DNA of 41,301 bases from Bacillales bacterium UBA660 (GCA_002299475.1 DBNY01000020.1:1-41301); one strand, 5' to 3'. Counted from the stretch's first letter, positions 1-10,644 are shown. Translations and numbers: made by a program. The notes: a model not told the origin generated them from the sequence alone.

Positions 1-986
1 TAATTTATGTCAACACTATTGCCTTTTACCGTTTTTTTAATTTCTAATGACACTAACATACCAATTAATTTAGGAAGACCTGTCTGCGCTGATAAAAAAT
101 TACCCATTGAATATATAACTAAAGTATTATTAATCATTTTAATTGGTTGAATTACGTGAGGATGATGGCCAATAATTATATCTACACCAAGACTAGATAA
201 ATAGGTTGCTATTTCTATTTGTTCCTTGTTGGGAACATGAGTATATTCATACCCCCAGTGCATGGAAACTATTAGAATATCTACTTTATCTCTTAATCTC
301 ATTATATCATTTTTTACTTTTTCTTTATCGTATATATTAATATAATAATCTTTACCTAAAGGAGGCTTTAAGCCATTGGTTAAAGTGGTATATGCCAACA
401 AAGTGTAAGAAATATTATTTTTGACTCTAATATCTACTTTTTGCTTTTCTTCATCACTCAGATAGGAACCAGCTGTCATAACATTTTTCGTCTTCCAATA
501 TTTAAGTGAATTAATTATGGCTTTTTCTCCTCTATCTAAAGTATGGTTATTTGCCAAAGACACTAAATTAAATCCAGCATCGACCATTGCATCCCCTATT
601 TCTTCTGGAGAATTAAAACGAGGGTAACTAGATAAGCCAAGTTCTTTGCCGCCGATGATTGTTTCCTGATTATAAAACGCCAAATCATGCTCTATTACAA
701 TAGGTTTAATGTATGTTAGCATTTCAGTAAAATCATACGCCCCATTATTATAAGCATCCGTATATACCGCGCCATGAATTAAAGCATCTCCTGCCATTAT
801 TAAACTAATATTATAATATTCACTAATATCTTCCTCATTAATTGGCAATGGTTCATTGCTAATATTAGTTTTATAACTAGCATATTTAATTAATGCCCCT
901 ACACATATAAATATAAATAAAACTATACAGATAGTTGAATATACTACTACTGACTTTTTACTTTTCTTTTGCCTAATATAGATCAT
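1..986 (-). CDS. CapA/PgsA-family metallophosphatase (poly-gamma-glutamate-synthesis-like), membrane anchored; C-terminus runs off the left edge
   Basis: Absent from the ORF track because it has no in-window stop. My translation from ATG 986-984 gives MIYIRQKKSKKSVVVYSTICIVLFIFICVGALIKY (TM anchor). It continues with LIMAGDALIHG, SLANNHTLDRGEKA, VSMHWGYEYTH and IIGHHPHVIQP, the motif set typical of CapA-type metallophosphatases. The start lies 1 nt from the rnr stop (988-990). Confidence 0.75.
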   Translation of the reverse strand, partial: MIYIRQKKSKKSVVVYSTICIVLFIFICVGALIKYASYKTNISNEPLPINEEDISEYYNISLIMAGDALIHGAVYTDAYNNGAYDFTEMLTYIKPIVIEHDLAFYNQETIIGGKELGLSSYPRFNSPEEIGDAMVDAGFNLVSLANNHTLDRGEKAIINSLKYWKTKNVMTAGSYLSDEEKQKVDIRVKNNISYTLLAYTTLTNGLKPPLGKDYYINIYDKEKVKNDIMRLRDKVDILIVSMHWGYEYTHVPNKEQIEIATYLSSLGVDIIIGHHPHVIQPIKMINNTLVIYSMGNFLSAQTGLPKLIGMLVSLEIKKTVKGNSVDIN

Positions 987-987
987 C

Positions 988-3087
988 CTATCTAACAATT
1001 TCAAAATCAATATTTCGTTCTTCTTTAGAAGCTGATTTAACTCTTACTCTAATATTATCACCAATTCGATACCTTTTTTTAGTTCTTTCGCCAACTAAAC
1101 TTAGAGCATTTTCGTCATATATATAATAATCGCCCTTCATTTCGTTAACGTGGATTAAACCTTCAACTAAATTATCTAATTGAACAAATAATCCGAAATT
1201 CATAACTGATGAAATTATTCCATCATATTCTTCTCCAATATGATCCAACATATATTCAGCCATTTTCATATCCGTTACTTCTCTTTCGCAATCTACAGAA
1301 CTTTTTTCTTTCAAAGAAGAGTGCTCACATAACGGAATAAGTTTTAAGTTCCAGTAATCTCTCGTCTTCATACTAAGATCTTTATTAAACAAATAAGTTC
1401 TTAATAGTCGATGTACTGTTGTATCTGGATATCTTCTAATAGGTGATGTAAAATGCGTATAACATTTGCTAGCTAAGCCATAATGGCCTACATTTTCAGG
1501 TAAATATATAGCTTTTTTCATTGACCTAAGTAAAAGATTAGATAAAATAGGAAATTCCTTTTTATCGCGTAAATAATCTAATATTTTTTGAATACTCTTA
1601 GGGTGAACATCATTTATTTTACCTTTAATTACATATCCTAAACTACCTACAAATGTTAAGAATGATCTTATTTTTTCTTCCTTTGGATATTCATGAATAC
1701 GATATATAAAAGGTAGTTTCATGAAGTATATATAGCTTGCAACCGTTTCATTAGCAGCAATCATAAAATCTTCAATCATTTTTTCCCCAGTGCCATTAAT
1801 ACGTTTTAATATTTCTATTGGCTTACCGCTATCATCAATAATAATCTTTGCTTCATCACTGTCAAATTCGATATATCCTCTTTTTTCCTTGTTTTTTCTT
1901 AAAAGATCAGCCACTACTTTCATATTGTGCAATGCTGGTATGAATTTTTCATATCCTTCTATTACTTTATTTTTCTCTAATATTTCATTAACTGCACTAT
2001 ATGTCATTTTCTTTTTAGAATTTATAACACTCTCATAAACATCATACTTAACAACTTTGCCCTCTTTATCTACTTCCATATCACAAGTCACAGTTAAACG
2101 ATCTACTAGTTCGTTTAACGAGCATATGCCATTAGATAATTTATGTGGGAGCATAGGTATTACTCTGTCCGCTAAGTAAACACTTGTGCCTCTATCATAT
2201 GCTTCTTTATCAATAGCACTGTTTTCTTTAACATAATAGCTAACATCGGCAATATGAACACCCAGTAAATAATTGCCGTTTTCTAAACTTTTTATAGATA
2301 TAGCATCATCTAAATCTTTAGCATCAGCTCCATCAATAGTAAATATTTCTTCTATTCTTAAATCTTTTCTTCTGCTTATTTCATCTTCTAGTACTACAGT
2401 AGAGATTAATTCTGTTTCATCCATTATTTCATTGCTAAATACATCATTGATATTATATTTATGAACAACAGATAAAATGTCAACGCCAGGATCATTTTTA
2501 TGACCTAAAATGCTAACAACTTCACCAAGATATTTATTGTGTCCTAAATCTTTAATAATTTTAACTAATACTTTATGCCCATTAATAGCACCTTTGGCAT
2601 TTTCCTTATCTATGACAATCGTAAGTTTAACTTTTGAATCATCTAATTTTATATAATTGATGTTTCCTTCAGTATAAAACTCTCCGACTAACTTTTCTAG
2701 TTCTCTTTTAAATACTCTAAGGATACGCCCCTCTTGACGCTGTAAATTCTTATTAGTAATTATTTCAACAATTACTAAATCATTATGAATAGCACCATTT
2801 AAATTACTATAATCAATATAAATATCTTCTGTGTTATCAGTGGCTTCAACAAAACCAAATCCTTTTTTATTGATTCTTAATAGCCCTTTTTTAAGATGAC
2901 TTTTCTCAAAAAACATATATTTATCTTTATTAGTATGATAGACAATAGATTCCTTTTTTAATTCTTCTATTATTTGAATTAGGTCTTGATATTCTTGTTT
3001 AGTTTTCAGTCCTATCAAATTATCTATTTCCATTAAACTTAATGCTCTATCACTATTAGTTAATATTTCTATTATTTTATCTTTCAT
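988..3087 (-). CDS. rnr: Ribonuclease R (3'-5' exoribonuclease)
   Basis: 699 aa. It has N-terminal HTH/OB regions, an RNB core (FTIDGADAKDLDDAIS, YLADRVIPMLP) and a C-terminal S1 domain (GIISSVMNFGLFVQL). It is adjacent to secG, as in Bacillus. Confidence 0.95.
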   Translation of the reverse strand: MKDKIIEILTNSDRALSLMEIDNLIGLKTKQEYQDLIQIIEELKKESIVYHTNKDKYMFFEKSHLKKGLLRINKKGFGFVEATDNTEDIYIDYSNLNGAIHNDLVIVEIITNKNLQRQEGRILRVFKRELEKLVGEFYTEGNINYIKLDDSKVKLTIVIDKENAKGAINGHKVLVKIIKDLGHNKYLGEVVSILGHKNDPGVDILSVVHKYNINDVFSNEIMDETELISTVVLEDEISRRKDLRIEEIFTIDGADAKDLDDAISIKSLENGNYLLGVHIADVSYYVKENSAIDKEAYDRGTSVYLADRVIPMLPHKLSNGICSLNELVDRLTVTCDMEVDKEGKVVKYDVYESVINSKKKMTYSAVNEILEKNKVIEGYEKFIPALHNMKVVADLLRKNKEKRGYIEFDSDEAKIIIDDSGKPIEILKRINGTGEKMIEDFMIAANETVASYIYFMKLPFIYRIHEYPKEEKIRSFLTFVGSLGYVIKGKINDVHPKSIQKILDYLRDKKEFPILSNLLLRSMKKAIYLPENVGHYGLASKCYTHFTSPIRRYPDTTVHRLLRTYLFNKDLSMKTRDYWNLKLIPLCEHSSLKEKSSVDCEREVTDMKMAEYMLDHIGEEYDGIISSVMNFGLFVQLDNLVEGLIHVNEMKGDYYIYDENALSLVGERTKKRYRIGDNIRVRVKSASKEERNIDFEIVR

Positions 3088-3162
3088 ATTCTACACCAAC
3101 CTTTATTTTTTTTCGTTACACTTATATTATAAAATAAAAAGGACCTAAATATAAGCCCCAAT

Positions 3163-3405
3163 TTAAAACGACAAAATTAATGATATTATAAAAAATAATA
3201 CCCCTAATATCATAGTTAATCTGCTGATAAATAATTCTGCGCCTCTTTCTTTTCTATTTTGAAACAATTCGGCATGAGCTCCCATCATTATGTTAGACGC
3301 ACTTTCCGCTTTGCCACTTTGTAATAAAACTATTGCAATTAATAAAATTGATACTATCAATAAAATATTAGCCATTATACCATTTATAGATAAAAATAAA
3401 GCCAT
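3163..3405 (-). CDS. secG: Preprotein translocase subunit SecG
   Basis: 80 aa with two TM helices flanking a polar loop (LLQSGKAESASNIMMG). Size, topology and position next to rnr fit SecG. Confidence 0.85.
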   Translation of the reverse strand: MALFLSINGIMANILLIVSILLIAIVLLQSGKAESASNIMMGAHAELFQNRKERGAELFISRLTMILGVLFFIISLILSF

Positions 3406-3560
3406 TCCCTCACATCCTCACCATCATAATTTATCACATTATTTAATTATTTGCAAACATTATATGAGTTTTTAATAGATTGCTTAACAAAATTCATCAC
3501 ATAATTATATATTTTTATAACAATATTAAAAATCTATTTATTTAATTATTTATATTTAAC

Positions 3561-4286
3561 TCACGTTATATTATTAAATATTTCTATAAAATTAATAGCG
3601 TTAATTGATGCCGTAGCAATTAAAACACCATCAATAGCTTCTAAATTAATTATTTGTTTTATATTGTTTTGATCAACACTGCCTCCATATAACACTTTAG
3701 GATTTGCAACTTTATATTTAGTTGTTAATATTTTTTTAATAAAATTAGTCGCATCATTTATCTCATTGCTAGTTGGTATTTTGCCTGTTCCTATTGACCA
3801 TATTGGTTCATAAGCAACAATTATATCTGTTAACATTTCTAGTTCAACATCATTTAATGCCTCTTCGAGCTGTTTTTTTATTATAGGCATCGTTTTATGC
3901 AATAATTTTTCTTCCTTTGTTTCCCCGATACAAATAATAGGTTTAATGTTTTGATTTAAAACATTTTTAATCTTTTTGTTTATTAACATATTGTTCTCAT
4001 TAAAATTTGTTCTTCTTTCACTATGTCCTACAATAATATATTCAACGCCGATGCTTTTTAATTGTATAGGAGATACTTCGCCTGTATAACTGCCCTTATT
4101 TAAATAATAACAATTTTGAGCACCTAACTTAAATTCATTACTTTTAAATAAATAAAGATAAGGAAAAGAAGGGCATATTACAACGTTAAGGTAATTAGGT
4201 ATTTTGCCTTTTATAACGCTTAAATATTCTAAACATTCTTCATATGTTAAATTCATTTTAAAATTGGCTACTATCATTTTTTCCAT
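3561..4286 (-). CDS. tpiA: Triosephosphate isomerase
   Basis: TIM motifs ANFKMN, IVGHSERR and AYEPIWSIGTGK. The ORF track starts at 4298. I prefer ATG 4286 (MEKMIVANFKMN) because GGAG sits 6-7 nt upstream. With this start it overlaps the upstream glycosyltransferase stop (4274-4276) by 13 nt. Confidence 0.93.
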   Translation of the reverse strand: MEKMIVANFKMNLTYEECLEYLSVIKGKIPNYLNVVICPSFPYLYLFKSNEFKLGAQNCYYLNKGSYTGEVSPIQLKSIGVEYIIVGHSERRTNFNENNMLINKKIKNVLNQNIKPIICIGETKEEKLLHKTMPIIKKQLEEALNDVELEMLTDIIVAYEPIWSIGTGKIPTSNEINDATNFIKKILTTKYKVANPKVLYGGSVDQNNIKQIINLEAIDGVLIATASINAINFIEIFNNIT

Positions 4287-5515
4287 AATAAACTCCATTT
4301 CAATACATCTTTTATTCTTTGATAAACAAGGAATGATATTTTTGGATTCTTGTTAATTGCTAATTTATATATTTCAAGCACACTATTTGCAAAATACTTA
4401 GTTGAATGTATTTGAGCACTTTCTATCGCCTTTTCTCCTAATTTATCCAATTCATTTTTATTATTAAATAATTCATTAATAATTTTTAAATATTCTTTTT
4501 TATTTCTAAATATTCTTCCATTAACATTATCTATTATTACATTTTTATAACTATCATCAGCGATGCAAAGAATCGGTTTAGATGATGCTAGGGCTTCAAT
4601 AACTGTTAATCCTTGCGTTTCTGTTTTAGAAGATGTTGCAAATATATCAGTTATTTGATAATAAATCGGCACTACATCCCACTGAACTTTTCCTACAAAA
4701 ATAGTATTTTCATTTATTTTATATTTAATTACTAATTTTTTTAAATGTTTCATTTCTGGCCCATCACCAACAATTAGTAATTTGTATTTTTTGTTTTTTT
4801 TAACAAGATAACGATGGCAATCAATAAGAAAATCAATATTTTTTTCTTTACCTAATCTACCTAAATACAAAATAATAAAGTCGTCGCTATCTAAATTATA
4901 TTTTCTTCTATACGTATTTAAAACGTTCTTTGAAAATTTGTTTTTAGAAAATTTTTCTATTTCTATGCCTGTTGGAATAATATGAATATCTCTTTTAATT
5001 TTATATTTATTTTTAAATAAATCTTTTGTTTTTTGAGTTGGAACAATTAATTCGGAAATAGTCTTGTCGCAATAAAAAGTTGTTAAATATTCCACCATTT
5101 TGTTGCCTAATTCATTTATGTAGCCCTTCGTAATGCAATTTATATATTCTTCATACATTGTATGATATGTATGAACTAATGGAATATTAAATTGTTTGCT
5201 AATAATTCTAGCAAATGTTCCTACTCCAAATTCGGTATGAGTGTGTATTATATCTAAATTCCAATTTTTTATTTTTTTTAAGGCTTTAAGCGGATATATT
5301 TTAGTAAGTACGTAATCATATATACCTGTTTTTAAACCTGGGATACGTAATATTCTATTATTGACATCATAGTTTATATTATTATTTTCAGAATTAACAG
5401 TTACGACATATACTTGATGCCCCTGTTTTTCAAGAGCGTTTTTCAACATTAGAACACTAGTTGCAACACCATTTATATGAGGAGCATAAGTGTCAGTAAA
5501 TAATCCTATTTTCAT
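4274..5515 (-). CDS. GT4-family (GT-B, retaining) glycosyltransferase, resembling diacylglycerol glucosyltransferase / glycolipid synthases
   Basis: 413 aa. The N-terminus MKIGLFTDTYAPHINGVATSV resembles Acholeplasma alMGS-type lipid glycosyltransferases (from memory). An EX7E motif is present (ETQGLTVIE). The substrate cannot be read from the sequence. Confidence 0.7.
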   Translation of the reverse strand: MKIGLFTDTYAPHINGVATSVLMLKNALEKQGHQVYVVTVNSENNNINYDVNNRILRIPGLKTGIYDYVLTKIYPLKALKKIKNWNLDIIHTHTEFGVGTFARIISKQFNIPLVHTYHTMYEEYINCITKGYINELGNKMVEYLTTFYCDKTISELIVPTQKTKDLFKNKYKIKRDIHIIPTGIEIEKFSKNKFSKNVLNTYRRKYNLDSDDFIILYLGRLGKEKNIDFLIDCHRYLVKKNKKYKLLIVGDGPEMKHLKKLVIKYKINENTIFVGKVQWDVVPIYYQITDIFATSSKTETQGLTVIEALASSKPILCIADDSYKNVIIDNVNGRIFRNKKEYLKIINELFNNKNELDKLGEKAIESAQIHSTKYFANSVLEIYKLAINKNPKISFLVYQRIKDVLKWSLLWKK

Positions 5516-5532
5516 TTTATCTGCCTTTCATA

Positions 5533-6717
5533 TTACTTATTAGAAATAATATCAATTCCTGGAAGAGATTTTCCTTCTAATAGTTCTAGTGTAGCACCTC
5601 CACCGGTTGATACATGATAGAATTTGTCCTTAAAACCAAATTTATTAACAAAAGCGGCACTATCACCACCACCAATAATAACTTTAGCATTTTGCTTAAC
5701 TAAAAAATCACATAATTGTTTAGTTCCAATGTTATACTTATCAAATTCAAATACTCCCATAGATCCATTCCAAACAATTGATTTGGCATTTTTCAATGTA
5801 TCCTTAAATAATTGAATTGTTTTAGGTCCAATATCAAGGCCCATCTCATTATAATTTATCATATCTATATCTACTATTTTACTAGTAGCAATTGGTGAAT
5901 ATTCCAAACTTACATTAATATCTAGTGGTAGCACTATTTTATCTTTATAAGACGCTAATAAATCTTTGCAAAAATCAATAGATCCTTCTTCTAATAATGA
6001 TAACCCTATATTATAACCTAATGCCTTTAGAAAAGTGAAACACATTCCACCGCCAATAATTATTTTATCAGCTTTATTTACAAGATTTTTAATAACACAA
6101 ATCTTATCGCTTACTTTAGCACCGCCTAATATAACAACAAATGGTCTTTTAGGATTGTTAATAATGTTGCCTATTCTTTCTATTTCTTTTTCTACCAAAA
6201 ATCCTACTCCACTAGGTAGATTAGAGGCTATCCCAACATTAGAAGCATGGGCTCTATGGCTGGTGCCAAAAGCATCATTAATAAAAACATCACCTAACGA
6301 AGCCCAATACTTGCCTAATTCTACATCATTTGAACTCTCTTTTTCGCCCTCAATATCTTCAAAGCGAGTATTTTCAATCATTACAACTTCACCATTTTTC
6401 ATATTCTTAATAGCGTTCTCAACTTGTTCACCTTGGGTTTGAGGTATAAATTTAATCTCCTTTTGCAATAATTCACTTAATCTTTGAGCAACTGGCAGAA
6501 GAGTGCTGGATGATTTATCAGCTTCGGTTTTAACTCTTCCTAGATGAGACATAACGATAACTTTCCCATCTATCTGCGAAATAAATTTAATTGTTTCTAT
6601 ACTTTCTTTAATTCTATTATCATCTCCAATAACACCATTTTTAATTGGTACATTTAAATCACTTCTAACAATTACTCTTTTGCCCGCTAATTTATAATCA
6701 ATAATAGTCTTTTTCAT
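5533..6717 (-). CDS. pgk: Phosphoglycerate kinase
   Basis: Motifs RSDLNVP, HRAHASN and GGGDSAA. The ORF track starts at 6750. I prefer ATG 6717 (MKKTIIDYKLAGKRV), which is preceded by AAAAGGAGGA. Confidence 0.95.
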   Translation of the reverse strand: MKKTIIDYKLAGKRVIVRSDLNVPIKNGVIGDDNRIKESIETIKFISQIDGKVIVMSHLGRVKTEADKSSSTLLPVAQRLSELLQKEIKFIPQTQGEQVENAIKNMKNGEVVMIENTRFEDIEGEKESSNDVELGKYWASLGDVFINDAFGTSHRAHASNVGIASNLPSGVGFLVEKEIERIGNIINNPKRPFVVILGGAKVSDKICVIKNLVNKADKIIIGGGMCFTFLKALGYNIGLSLLEEGSIDFCKDLLASYKDKIVLPLDINVSLEYSPIATSKIVDIDMINYNEMGLDIGPKTIQLFKDTLKNAKSIVWNGSMGVFEFDKYNIGTKQLCDFLVKQNAKVIIGGGDSAAFVNKFGFKDKFYHVSTGGGATLELLEGKSLPGIDIISNK

Positions 6718-6767
6718 ATATCCTCCTTTTATCTGTATATAGTATACCAAATAATAACAAAAATGAA

Positions 6768-6786
6768 AATGACCAAGCAGGTCATT
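6768..6786 (-). terminator. Hairpin between gap and pgk (partial terminator or processing site)
   Basis: The minus strand reads AATGACC-TGCTT-GGTCATT followed by TTCATTTTTGTTATT, 66 nt after the gap stop. It is a 7-bp stem with one G-C rich core, so it is weak as a full terminator. Confidence 0.45.
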
Positions 6787-6851
6787 TATTCGAAAATTCT
6801 TAGGCTCTTAAGTTTCATCCTTTATAACTAAGGCACTAAAAAGCATATATT

Positions 6852-7862
6852 TTATTTTTTTATTAAATTATATAAATATTTAGCAACTTTAATCATCTGT
6901 GCACTATAACCCATTTCATTGTCATACCATGCTAAAACTTTTACTAACTGTTTTCCATTTACATCTAATACACTGGTAGAAAGGCCATCAATTAATGCTC
7001 CATAATGAGTTCCTATCACATCGCTAGATACAATTGGCTCATCAGTATATACTAATGTTTCATTTGCGTTATTAATAAAAGTTTGATTAATATCTTCTTC
7101 TGTTACCTTTTTAGATAGTTCTAATACCAAGTCTATTACTGAACCATTAGCTATTGGAACGCGAAGTGCTGTGCCATCCATTTTACCTTCTAAACTTGGA
7201 ATAACTAAACCCATAGCACTAGCCGCTCCTGTCGATGTAGGTACTATATTAGCAGCTGCCGCCCTTCCTCTTCTTGAATAAATCCCCTTATTATGTGCTA
7301 TATCTAATGTTGCTTGATCATTAGTATATGCGTGCACCGTGGTCATAAATCCTTTTTCAATACCAAAATTATCGTTTAATACTTTCAAAACTGGCGCTAG
7401 ACAATTCGTTGTACAACTAGCAGCCGAAATAATATCTTCTTCCCCCGTTAATATATCATGATTCACATTATAAACAATAGTCTTAACATCTTTTCCTGCT
7501 GGCGCTGATATAATTACTTTTTTTGCTCCTGCTTTAATGTGTGCGCTCGCTTTATCTTTAGTTGTAAATACACCAGAACATTCTAAAACAATATCTATGC
7601 CTAGTTCTTTCCATGGCAAATTACTTGGATCTTTTTCCGCAAAAACCTTTATATTTTTGTTATCAACAACAATATTTGTGTCATTATTTTTAATGCTATC
7701 TATCTTATATCTTCCATGAATCGTGTCATATTTTAATAGATAAGCCAAATCCAAAGCCTCACTAATATCATTAATTGCTACTATTTCAAATGCAGGGTCA
7801 TCATGCATTAATCTAAATGCTATCCTTCCAATTCTACCAAAACCATTAATTGCTACTTTCAT
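6852..7862 (-). CDS. gap: Glyceraldehyde-3-phosphate dehydrogenase
   Basis: 336 aa with NGFGRIGR (NAD fold) and the catalytic SCTTNCLAP. Confidence 0.96.
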   Translation of the reverse strand: MKVAINGFGRIGRIAFRLMHDDPAFEIVAINDISEALDLAYLLKYDTIHGRYKIDSIKNNDTNIVVDNKNIKVFAEKDPSNLPWKELGIDIVLECSGVFTTKDKASAHIKAGAKKVIISAPAGKDVKTIVYNVNHDILTGEEDIISAASCTTNCLAPVLKVLNDNFGIEKGFMTTVHAYTNDQATLDIAHNKGIYSRRGRAAAANIVPTSTGAASAMGLVIPSLEGKMDGTALRVPIANGSVIDLVLELSKKVTEEDINQTFINNANETLVYTDEPIVSSDVIGTHYGALIDGLSTSVLDVNGKQLVKVLAWYDNEMGYSAQMIKVAKYLYNLIKK

Positions 7863-7877
7863 ATCTAGTCCTCCTTT

Positions 7878-9539
7878 TTATTTTCCAAAACTACTTTCTC
7901 CAATAAATTCTCTAATAATAGAATCCTTTGGAATATCATTAGGTATTATCGGCAAAAAATTATCCAAAAATTTAATTATTTTTCTTGCCTCATCATAATA
8001 TATGGATTCTTCACTTATTGAAAAGAGAAGTGGTTCTGCATAAATTTTTAGTATACTTAATTCATAAATAAGTGCTGTATTAAATATTACATCAGCATCA
8101 TCTTGAAAAGGAAATACATATTTTTCTTCTCCTGCTCTTACTTTCTGCCATTGTTCCATAGTGGCAAGAGCATCAATTCCACGATATTTGAAATCTCTAA
8201 CCATTCTCCTTAATTTCCTAACCAAGGTTGTTGATATACGATTATGGTTGTCAATATTTAAAACTGTTAATGGACTAATATAAATCTTATATTTATTTTC
8301 TCTTGGAATAGATAAAGTTAATCTTTCATTTAATCCATGCAATCCTTCTATTATTAGAATATCATTACTTCCTAATCTCATTTTTTTATTAGTGAATTCT
8401 TTTTCACCAGTTATAAAATTAAATCTAGGTAGCACCACTTCTTCGCCCTTTAGCAAATTAGTTAAATGATTATTAAATAATTTAATATCAATGGCATCAA
8501 GCGATTCATAATCATATTCCCCATTTTCGTCTCTTGGAGTATTAATTCTATCAACATAATAATCGTCAATTCCGATAGCGGTTGGTTTTAATCCTTTACT
8601 TTTAAGATATATTGATAATTTATGTGCAGTAGTTGTTTTGCCCGACGAAGATGGCCCTGCTATCAAAATAACCTTAATTATATCCTTTTTCTTATATATT
8701 TCTTCTGCTATATTATTTAATTTATTGTTTTGATTAATCTCTGAAATTTTAATAATATCAGTTGAATGATTATTAATAATTTTATTATTTAAATCTACAA
8801 CATTATCTACACCTATTATTTTGCACCATTCATCATATTCTCTAAATACATCAAATAATTTTTGATGATGAACATACTTTGGAATACTATCTAAACTATA
8901 AATAGTAGGAAATCTTAGAACTATTCCGCAAGGAGCAATATATGTTAATTCAAACATTTTAATATAACTAGTACTAAGTGGCATTTCCCCAAAGAAATAA
9001 TCATACAGATTATCAAACTTATAGAGGGTAATATTAGTTTGCGTCATAAAATTAAGAATGCCTACTTTATCTAATCTATTACTTTTTTTAAAATAATCAA
9101 TAGCCTCTTTCCTATTTACGCTAAGTCTTTCGAAAGATATATTTTTTAAAACTAACTCTTTCATCTTATTCTCAATCGCTCTAACCAATTCTTCTGTAAG
9201 ACTGTAACTTATTTCACAGTATATACCTTTATCAATAGAATGCTCAATTACTATTTTAGTATTATCTCCTAAAACATCCTTAACAGCCTTAATAAATAGA
9301 TATTTTAAGCCCCTAATATAAACTTGATTTCCATCTGAATTGCTTAGGTCTAAAAATTCAATATTACAGGAAGTAGTAATTTTGGTATTTAATTCAACAA
9401 TTGCATTGTTCATTTTAGCAGCAATAATATCATACCTAAATTGATTTTGATATTCCTTGGCTAATTCTATACACCTTATATTTTTAACAATTTCGCGGTT
9501 ACTTCCATCTTTAAAATTAACCTTAATGATGTTATCCAT
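7878..9539 (-). CDS. TGS-domain / uridine-kinase (PRK-Udk family) fusion protein ('nucleoside kinase')
   Basis: 553 aa. The N-terminal ~60 aa look like a ThrRS/SpoT-type TGS domain (IKVNFKDGSNREIV...IEFLDL). The C-terminal half has a P-loop kinase (LIAGPSSSGKTTTAHKL, GIDDYY, IIEGLHGLN). It sits 15 nt upstream of gap. Confidence 0.65.
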   Translation of the reverse strand: MDNIIKVNFKDGSNREIVKNIRCIELAKEYQNQFRYDIIAAKMNNAIVELNTKITTSCNIEFLDLSNSDGNQVYIRGLKYLFIKAVKDVLGDNTKIVIEHSIDKGIYCEISYSLTEELVRAIENKMKELVLKNISFERLSVNRKEAIDYFKKSNRLDKVGILNFMTQTNITLYKFDNLYDYFFGEMPLSTSYIKMFELTYIAPCGIVLRFPTIYSLDSIPKYVHHQKLFDVFREYDEWCKIIGVDNVVDLNNKIINNHSTDIIKISEINQNNKLNNIAEEIYKKKDIIKVILIAGPSSSGKTTTAHKLSIYLKSKGLKPTAIGIDDYYVDRINTPRDENGEYDYESLDAIDIKLFNNHLTNLLKGEEVVLPRFNFITGEKEFTNKKMRLGSNDILIIEGLHGLNERLTLSIPRENKYKIYISPLTVLNIDNHNRISTTLVRKLRRMVRDFKYRGIDALATMEQWQKVRAGEEKYVFPFQDDADVIFNTALIYELSILKIYAEPLLFSISEESIYYDEARKIIKFLDNFLPIIPNDIPKDSIIREFIGESSFGK

Positions 9540-9651
9540 TTCAGCACTCCTTTAGTATATAATATCATTTTATCATCTCTTAAATATTTTGTCATATATT
9601 TATTATCATATTTTACATAATCTTGAATAATCATATTCATAGGTGATATAA

Positions 9652-10221
9652 ATGAATTTAATTCCAATTGTAGTAGAAAAATCTAATTATGGCGAACGTT
9701 CTTATGATATTTATTCTAGGTTATTGAAGGATAGAATTATTATATTAAGCGGTGAAGTTAATGATTGCTTAGCTAATAGTGTTATAGCTCAATTGCTTTA
9801 TCTTGATTCATTAAATCATGATGACATAAACTTATATATTAATAGTCCTGGCGGTTCTACAACAGCAGGGATGGCAGTATATGACTGCATGAACTATGTT
9901 AAGAGCGATATTTCTACTATATGTATTGGTATAGCAGCAAGTATGGGAGCTTTCCTATTATCAAGCGGGGCAAAAGGAAAAAGATATGCCCTACCAAATT
10001 CAGAAATTATGATTCATCAACCACTTGGTGGAGTGCAAGGCCAGGCAATAGAAATAAAAATTGCTGCTGAAAGAATTTTAAAATTAAGGGATAAGTTAAA
10101 TAAAATACTATCCCTAAACACTAACAGACCCATTGAGGAAATAGATAAAGATACCGATAGGGATAATTTTATGGATGCAGAACATGCTTTAAAATATGGT
10201 ATTATAGATAATATACTGTAA
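9652..10221 (+). CDS. clpP: ATP-dependent Clp protease proteolytic subunit
   Basis: 189 aa with [13 protein letters not shown], Ser in [11 protein letters not shown], His in MIHQPLGG and Asp in DRDNFM. Confidence 0.96.
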   Translation: MNLIPIVVEKSNYGERSYDIYSRLLKDRIIILSGEVNDCLANSVIAQLLYLDSLNHDDINLYINSPGGSTTAGMAVYDCMNYVKSDISTICIGIAASMGAFLLSSGAKGKRYALPNSEIMIHQPLGGVQGQAIEIKIAAERILKLRDKLNKILSLNTNRPIEEIDKDTDRDNFMDAEHALKYGIIDNIL

Positions 10222-10240
10222 ATTGTTAATGTATAAGTAC

Positions 10241-10269
10241 TTTACTTTGAAAATATTAATTGATATAAT
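10241..10269 (+). promoter_or_regulatory. Candidate sigma-A promoter for the lipoprotein gene
   Basis: TTTACT (10241-10246), a 17-nt spacer, then TGaTATAAT with TATAAT at 10264-10269 (extended -10). AAAGGAG follows before the ATG at 10300. Confidence 0.45.
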
Positions 10270-10299
10270 TGTTACATACTAAAGGAGTGAGAGTTAGGT

Positions 10300-10644
10300 A
10301 TGAAAAAATATTTATTAATATTTATATCAATTATGGTGTTAGTGGGTTGTGGAAAAAGAGAAGAAAAAAATTATGACGCAGACTATCAGAAATTAGAGGA
10401 TACTTTTTTGAAGGCAGGAGAAGCTTTTATTAACAATGATAATGTTAGTTTAGTTCCAACTGACGGTACTATTTATTCAATTAGATTAGAAAACTTATAT
10501 AATGGCGACTACTTAGAAAAATTAATTGATCCTAAAACAAAGGAAGAATGCAATAAAGAAAATTCATTTATTCATGTACAAAAAATAAATGACACTATTA
10601 CATATACTGTTAACTTAGTATGTGGAGACTACAGCACTAATTAA
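10300..10644 (+). CDS. Small lipoprotein, unknown function
   Basis: 114 aa. Signal peptide MKKYLLIFISIMVLVGC with lipobox LVGC. I recognise no other motif. Confidence 0.6.
   Translation: MKKYLLIFISIMVLVGCGKREEKNYDADYQKLEDTFLKAGEAFINNDNVSLVPTDGTIYSIRLENLYNGDYLEKLIDPKTKEECNKENSFIHVQKINDTITYTVNLVCGDYSTN

Noticed and set aside
9540-9651. I looked for a CtsR operator (GGTCAAA direct repeat) ahead of clpP. I also looked for LexA/Cheo boxes (CGAAC-N4-GTTCG) ahead of uvrB (21861-21912) and uvrA (17579-17700).
   Set aside because: I found no match by eye, so no regulatory site is claimed.
9476-9667. A 63-aa minus-strand ORF spanning the clpP/TGS-kinase divergent promoter region.
   Set aside because: It overlaps the starts of both flanking genes, has no SD and matches no motif. 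It is most likely intergenic promoter DNA.
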